The notes under the pieces are model-generated. The model was not told the DNA's origin. It saw nothing but the letters and a program-made list of their open reading frames with translations, and searched no databases. The position numbers and the translations under genes are program-made. DNA of 11,452 nucleotides from a virus (lineage: Duplodnaviria; Heunggongvirae; Uroviricota; Caudoviricetes): the IMG/VR virus record IMGVR_UViG_3300015187_000032; one strand, 5' to 3'. Shown here one piece after another: positions 7,612 through 11,452 of this stretch (position 1 is its first letter; the number at the start of each line of letters is the position of its first letter).

Positions 7612-7625
7612 CAGACCATATAAGT

Positions 7626-8102
7626 TTAAGTTCCAGTTTTTGTGATGTTCTGGCTTTTCCGTTCAGATTCTAGAGCTTTCAGATACTTACCCACTTTCAT
7701 TTCCATCGCTGCTATGTAGGCGCGAACATCGTGGTCAACCCAATCTGGTTCTGTAGCATTTCCAGATAACAGGAAAGCTACAATCGCTCTTATTTCATCA
7801 GAGGCTGCTTGATAAAGGTTGTTTATATCTAAAAGTTCACTTTTTGTATCTGAATTGGTGGGGGTTGGTATGGGGTATTCGTTAAGCCCCCAATGCTCTG
7901 GACCAACAACATCAGAAAAGAAACGCCATAATTCTGGAAGTTTATCTTTACTTATAGAGCCTTTCTTAATCCAGTCATAAATTGATGGTGGTTGGACTTT
8001 GAAGTGGCGTGCGACCTCCGCCTTTGATTTGACGGATCCCGATGCGATTTTTTTGTTAATGGCCTGCTCTATCGCTCGGCCTAAGTCTTTACCACTAAGC
8101 AT
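7626..8102 (-). CDS. racR: RacR prophage repressor (158 aa), HTH DNA-binding protein
   Basis: Track ORF 7626..8102. Divergent from ydaS across a 123-bp operator-rich intergenic region. Sequence recognised as Rac RacR. Confidence 0.85.
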   Translation of the reverse strand: MLSGKDLGRAIEQAINKKIASGSVKSKAEVARHFKVQPPSIYDWIKKGSISKDKLPELWRFFSDVVGPEHWGLNEYPIPTPTNSDTKSELLDINNLYQAASDEIRAIVAFLLSGNATEPDWVDHDVRAYIAAMEMKVGKYLKALESERKSQNITKTGT

Positions 8103-8131
8103 TGCTTAATATTCTCCTATGCGCATTGCAT

Positions 8132-8195
8132 TAGGCAATCCCTACCTTTATCGTATTAGGCATAGCCTATTGACATTTGCGTTAGGCGTCGCCTA
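8132..8195. promoter_or_regulatory. Right operator cluster (OR-like): three 13-bp TAGGC-N3-GCCTA palindromes at 25-26-bp centre spacing, between racR and ydaS
   Basis: 8132-8144 TAGGCAATCCCTA (imperfect), 8157-8169 TAGGCATAGCCTA (perfect), 8183-8195 TAGGCGTCGCCTA (perfect). The 21-bp block 8155-8175 is the exact reverse complement of 7510-7530. Confidence 0.5.
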
Positions 8196-8199
8196 ATAT
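8170..8199 (+). promoter_or_regulatory. pR-like rightward early promoter: TTGACA -18 bp- TAATAT
   Basis: TTGACA at 8170-8175; best -10 candidate TAATAT at 8194-8199, overlapping the third operator. Followed by GGAG (8214-8217) and the ydaS ATG at 8226. Confidence 0.4.
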
Positions 8200-8225
8200 T
8201 TCTGTGTGTTTTTGGAGTTCATTCG

Positions 8226-8522
8226 ATGAAAAAAGAGAACTATTCATTCAAGCAAGCTTGTGCTGTTGTCGGTGGGCAATCAGCAATGGCTAGGCTTTTA
8301 GGTGTATCACCTCCAAGCGTAAATCAATGGATCAAAGGGGTACGTCAATTGCCTGCCGAGAGATGTCCAGCAATTGAACGTGCAACAAGAGGTGAGGTTC
8401 TGTGCGAAGAACTTCGTCCAGATATTGACTGGTCATATTTACGACGTTCGGCATGTTGTTCGCAGAATATGTCAGTGAAGCAACTAAATGACAGTAACAA
8501 ATCCTCATTTGATCATACCTGA
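8226..8522 (+). CDS. ydaS: YdaS: Cro-like HTH early protein (98 aa), toxic when derepressed
   Basis: Track ORF 8226..8522, first gene of the rightward operon. ...SAMARLLGVSPPSVNQWIKG... is an HTH-like segment. Recognised as Rac YdaS. Confidence 0.85.
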   Translation: MKKENYSFKQACAVVGGQSAMARLLGVSPPSVNQWIKGVRQLPAERCPAIERATRGEVLCEELRPDIDWSYLRRSACCSQNMSVKQLNDSNKSSFDHT

Positions 8523-8544
8523 AACATCAAGAGGCAAATGATTC

Positions 8545-8967
8545 ATGAAAATCAAGCATGAGCACATCGAATCAGTGTTGTTTGCCCTGGCAGCCGAAAA
8601 AGGGCAGGCATGGGTAGCCAATGCAATTACTGAAGAATATCTGCGCCAGGGGGGCGGCGAATTGCCCCTAGTTCCAGGCAAGGACTGGAACAATCAGCAG
8701 AATATCTATCACCGTTGGTTGAAAGGTGAAACGAAAACGCAAAGAGAAAAAATTCAGAAGCTGATCCCAGCAATTCTGGCAATCCTTCCGCGCGAGCTGC
8801 GTCACCGACTCTGCATCTTCGATACCCTGGAACGCCGTGCATTACTGGCGGCGCAGGAAGCGTTAAGTACGGCAATTGATGCGCATGATGATGCAGTCCA
8901 GGCCGTTTACCGGAAAGCGCATTTCAGCGGCGGCGGGTCTTCCGACGATTCTGTCATTGTTCATTAA
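8545..8967 (+). CDS. ydaT: YdaT: CII-like / toxin-like early protein (140 aa)
   Basis: Track ORF 8545..8967; SD AAGAGG upstream of the ATG. Recognised as Rac YdaT. Confidence 0.85.
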   Translation: MKIKHEHIESVLFALAAEKGQAWVANAITEEYLRQGGGELPLVPGKDWNNQQNIYHRWLKGETKTQREKIQKLIPAILAILPRELRHRLCIFDTLERRALLAAQEALSTAIDAHDDAVQAVYRKAHFSGGGSSDDSVIVH

Positions 8968-8979
8968 GCAAAAGTTTCC

Positions 8980-9837
8980 ATGCTGTTTGTGCTTATTCTA
9001 AGCAACCGGGCAGCATCATACGGGGCAATTATGGCCGCATTACCATACATGCAACTGTACATAGCTGATTACCTGGCTGACACCATGCATTTGTCAGCAG
9101 AGGAGCATGGTGCGTATTTGTTGCTGATGTTCAATTACTGGCAAACAGGAAAGCCAATACCTAAAAACAGGCTGGCAAAAATTGCCCGTCTGACTAACGA
9201 GCGATGGGCTGGTGTTGAACCATCCTTGCGGGAGTTTTTTTGCGATAACGGCGAGGAATGGGTGCATCTTCGGATTGAGGAAGATCTGGCATCAGTCAGG
9301 GAAAAATTAACCAAAAAATCAGCCGCAGGAAAAGCATCTGTTCAGGCTAGAAGAAGCAGAAAGGAAGCAGATGTTCAAACAAAACAAGAGAGAAATTTAA
9401 CAGGTGTTCAAACAGATGTTGAAGTGGTGTTTGAACATGATGTCAACACAAAGGCAACTAATAAAGATACAGATAAAGATCTAAAAACAGATCCCCCCCT
9501 AAATCCCCCCCGGGGGAATCGAGGTGTCAAAAAGTTTGACCCTCTGGATATTGCTTTGCCGAACTGGATTTCTGTCTCGCTTTGGCGTGAGTGGGTTGAA
9601 TTTCGCCAGGCATTGCGTAAACCGATTCGAACGGAGCAGGGCGCTAACGGGGCGATACGGGAGCTGGAAAAATTCCGCCAGCAGGGTTTTTCACCTGAGC
9701 AGGTGATTCGACACAGCATCGCCAACGAATACAAGGGCTTGTTCGCGCCGAAAGGTGTTCGACCTGAGACGTTACTCCGACAGGTTAACACCGTTTCGTT
9801 ACCGGACAGTGCGATCCCGCCAGGCTTCAGGGGGTAA
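8980..9837 (+). CDS. ydaU: YdaU: replication-initiator-like protein (DUF1376-type; lambda O position)
   Basis: Track ORF 8980..9837 (285 aa). No SD before the ATG at 8980. An alternative start at 9031 (MAALPYMQLYIADYLADT...) follows a GGGG motif and may be the true start. Central linker region contains iteron-like repeats. Confidence 0.75.
   Translation: MLFVLILSNRAASYGAIMAALPYMQLYIADYLADTMHLSAEEHGAYLLLMFNYWQTGKPIPKNRLAKIARLTNERWAGVEPSLREFFCDNGEEWVHLRIEEDLASVREKLTKKSAAGKASVQARRSRKEADVQTKQERNLTGVQTDVEVVFEHDVNTKATNKDTDKDLKTDPPLNPPRGNRGVKKFDPLDIALPNWISVSLWREWVEFRQALRKPIRTEQGANGAIRELEKFRQQGFSPEQVIRHSIANEYKGLFAPKGVRPETLLRQVNTVSLPDSAIPPGFRG
9368..9520. repeat. Candidate replication-origin repeats inside ydaU: three 10-bp TGTTCAAACA copies followed by an A-rich tract and a C7/C7/G5 block
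   Basis: TGTTCAAACA at 9372-9381 and 9405-9414 (direct) and 9428-9437 (inverted). A-rich stretch 9451-9491. CCCCCCC at 9493-9499 and 9505-9511, then GGGGG at 9512-9516. Layout resembles the lambda ori inside the O gene. Confidence 0.3.
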
Positions 9838-9843
9838 CTGACC

Positions 9844-10590
9844 ATGAAAAATATTGCGACAGGCGGCGTTCTTGAACGTATCCGCAGACTGGCTCCGTCA
9901 CATGTAACCGCGCCATTCAAGACGGTGGCGGAGTGGCGTGAGTGGCAACTTTCCGAAGGCCAGAAACGTTGTGAGGAGATCAACCGTCAGAATCGTCAGT
10001 TGCGGGTGGAAAAAATTCTGAATCGCTCTGGCATCCAGCCATTGCACCGCAAATGCTCGTTTTCGAATTACCAGGTGCAGAACGACGGTCAGCGATACGC
10101 GTTGAGCCAGGCGAAATTCATCGCCGATGAACTGATGGTCGGGTGTACAAATTTTGCGTTCAGTGGAAAACCTGGTACCGGAAAAAACCATCTGGCGGCG
10201 GCTATCGGGAATCGCCTGCTGAAAGACGGTCAGACAGTGATTGTGGTTACCGTGGCTGATGTTATGAGCGCCCTGCACGCCAGCTATGACGACGGGCAGT
10301 CAGGCGAAAAATTTTTGCGGGAACTGTGCGAAGTTGATCTGCTGGTTCTTGATGAAATTGGTATTCAGCGCGAGACGAAAAACGAGCAGGTGGTACTGCA
10401 CCAGATTGTTGATCGCCGGACAGCGTCGATGCGCGGCGTGGGAATGCTGACAAACCTGAACTATGAGGCCATGAAAACATTGCTCGGCGCGCGGATTATG
10501 GATCGCATGACCATGAACGGCGGACGCTGGGTGAATTTTAACTGGGAGAGCTGGCGTCCGAATGTCGTCCAGCCAGGAATTGCGAAGTAA
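9844..10590 (+). CDS. ydaV: YdaV: DnaC-like AAA+ helicase loader (248 aa)
   Basis: Track ORF 9844..10590. Walker [16 protein letters not shown] and Walker [10 protein letters not shown] are present. IstB/DnaC-like protein at the lambda P position. Confidence 0.85.
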   Translation: MKNIATGGVLERIRRLAPSHVTAPFKTVAEWREWQLSEGQKRCEEINRQNRQLRVEKILNRSGIQPLHRKCSFSNYQVQNDGQRYALSQAKFIADELMVGCTNFAFSGKPGTGKNHLAAAIGNRLLKDGQTVIVVTVADVMSALHASYDDGQSGEKFLRELCEVDLLVLDEIGIQRETKNEQVVLHQIVDRRTASMRGVGMLTNLNYEAMKTLLGARIMDRMTMNGGRWVNFNWESWRPNVVQPGIAK

Positions 10591-10612
10591 TTTTTACCGG
10601 GAGAAAAATTTA

Positions 10613-11380
10613 ATGGAGACTGTTTTTGACGCACTGAAAGCAATGGGAATAGCCACATCCATAGAACTTGCTGCGCGACTTGATATCAGTCGTGAAGAAG
10701 TGCTGAACGAACTATGGGAACTGAAAAAGGCTGGTTTTGTTGATAAAAGCGCGTACACCTGGCGTGTGGCTGATAACAACGTTCAGCAGGAACAGCCAGC
10801 GCAGGCAGAACTGCCGGAAGAAACCACCACAGCAACAGTAGCGAAAATCTCAGAGTGCGATTTAACCGCGACGATTGAACAACGCGGACCACAAACGGCT
10901 GATGAGCTGGCTACATTGTTTGGTACCACATCACGCAAAGTGGCTTCAACGCTGGCAATGGCAATCAGCAAAGGTCGTCTGATTCGCGTAAATCAGGGCG
11001 GTAAATTTCGTTACTGCATACCGGGCGATAATTTACCAGCAGAGCCGAAAGCAGCATCGGTAGCGGAAACTGATGGTAAGGCCTTTCCTCAGACCGCAGG
11101 TGTCGCGTTACCAGTACAGGAGGCTGCAACACAGGAAGAAATTAAAACAGATACTATGGGGGACATTGTGCAGTCACTACCATCGTTCACTGAAACGCGA
11201 GCCAATGACCTGATTTTACCATCGCTGCATATGGCAAACCGCGAACTGCGCCGGGCGAAAAGTCATGTCCAGAAGTGGGAGCGAGTCTGCGCCGCGCTGC
11301 GTGAGCTGAACAAGCACCAGGATATTGTTCGACAGATTACGGATTCTTTTCCGAGGCAACACGGCGGAAAGAATCCGTAA
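10613..11380 (+). CDS. ydaW: YdaW-like protein with two tandem winged-helix-like segments (255 aa from this start)
   Basis: Track ORF 10562..11380 trimmed to ATG 10613 ([12 protein letters not shown]...), with GGGAGA 8 nt upstream. The longer start overlaps ydaV by 29 nt. Two similar HTH-like segments: [31 protein letters not shown] and [31 protein letters not shown]. The 3' end lies inside a large palindrome. Symbol assigned by position in the Rac map. Confidence 0.6.
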   Translation: METVFDALKAMGIATSIELAARLDISREEVLNELWELKKAGFVDKSAYTWRVADNNVQQEQPAQAELPEETTTATVAKISECDLTATIEQRGPQTADELATLFGTTSRKVASTLAMAISKGRLIRVNQGGKFRYCIPGDNLPAEPKAASVAETDGKAFPQTAGVALPVQEAATQEEIKTDTMGDIVQSLPSFTETRANDLILPSLHMANRELRRAKSHVQKWERVCAALRELNKHQDIVRQITDSFPRQHGGKNP

Positions 11381-11416
11381 TCTGTCGAACAATAACCTGT
11401 AGCTTGTTCAGCTCAC
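11301..11416. repeat. Large imperfect palindrome (about 55-bp arms) spanning the ydaW stop codon
   Basis: Inner 13-bp perfect stem 11337-11349 / 11368-11380, plus 3 more bp after a 1-nt bulge, loop about 11 nt. Outer arms 11301-11336 and 11381-11416 match 33/36 as reverse complements. The minus strand reads a near-identical C-terminal peptide ending at TAA (rc 11337-11339). Confidence 0.6.
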
Positions 11417-11452
11417 GCCCCGAGTCTGCACCACGCTGCGCTCGCTGGACAA

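Noticed and set aside
8505-8875. Minus-strand ORFs 8505..8693 and 8627..8875
   Set aside because: Antisense to ydaT.
9408-10971. ORFs 9408..9983, 9524..9706, 9898..10278, 10262..10480, 10461..10658, 10594..10779, 10686..10892, 10783..10971
   Set aside because: Antisense or out-of-frame overlaps of ydaU, ydaV and ydaW; none has a convincing start context.
1-11452. CRISPR arrays, tRNA/rRNA genes, insertion sequences
   Set aside because: No regularly spaced direct repeats, no cloverleaf-like segments, and no transposase-like ORFs with terminal inverted repeats were seen. The only repeat structures are the operator palindromes, the ydaU repeats and the ydaW palindrome.

Overview
This window reads as the early (left-arm) region of an Escherichia coli Rac-type lambdoid cryptic prophage, running from the 5' part of the integrase gene to the replication module. 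I recognised the proteins from memory of the K-12 Rac map; no database search was possible, so strain identity and exact annotated start codons are unverified. Gene order is intR(partial)-xisR-ydaC-ralR/lar-recT-recE-racC-ydaE-kilR on the minus strand, then sieB (plus), ydaF-ydaG-racR (minus), and ydaS-ydaT-ydaU-ydaV-ydaW (plus). Three small genes (ydaE, ydaF, ydaG; under 60 aa) are absent from the ORF track and were found by hand translation. Most plus-strand ORFs in the track between 1 and 6500 are antisense shadows of real minus-strand genes. I found no rRNA, tRNA, CRISPR array or IS element. I do not see a clearly undescribed system; the content matches a well-studied prophage. The observations most worth a second look are: (1) an imperfect ~116-bp palindrome at the 3' end of the ydaW-like gene that runs off the window edge; (2) the immunity switch, with 13-bp TAGGC-N3-GCCTA operators and a shared 21-bp block on both flanks of racR; (3) an iteron-like repeat cluster plus A-rich tract inside ydaU that may be a replication origin; (4) a ~410-bp ORF-free stretch between kilR and sieB carrying a minus-strand terminator-like hairpin and a TTAAC triple repeat; (5) a Cys4 motif in the poorly characterised N-terminal region of RecE.
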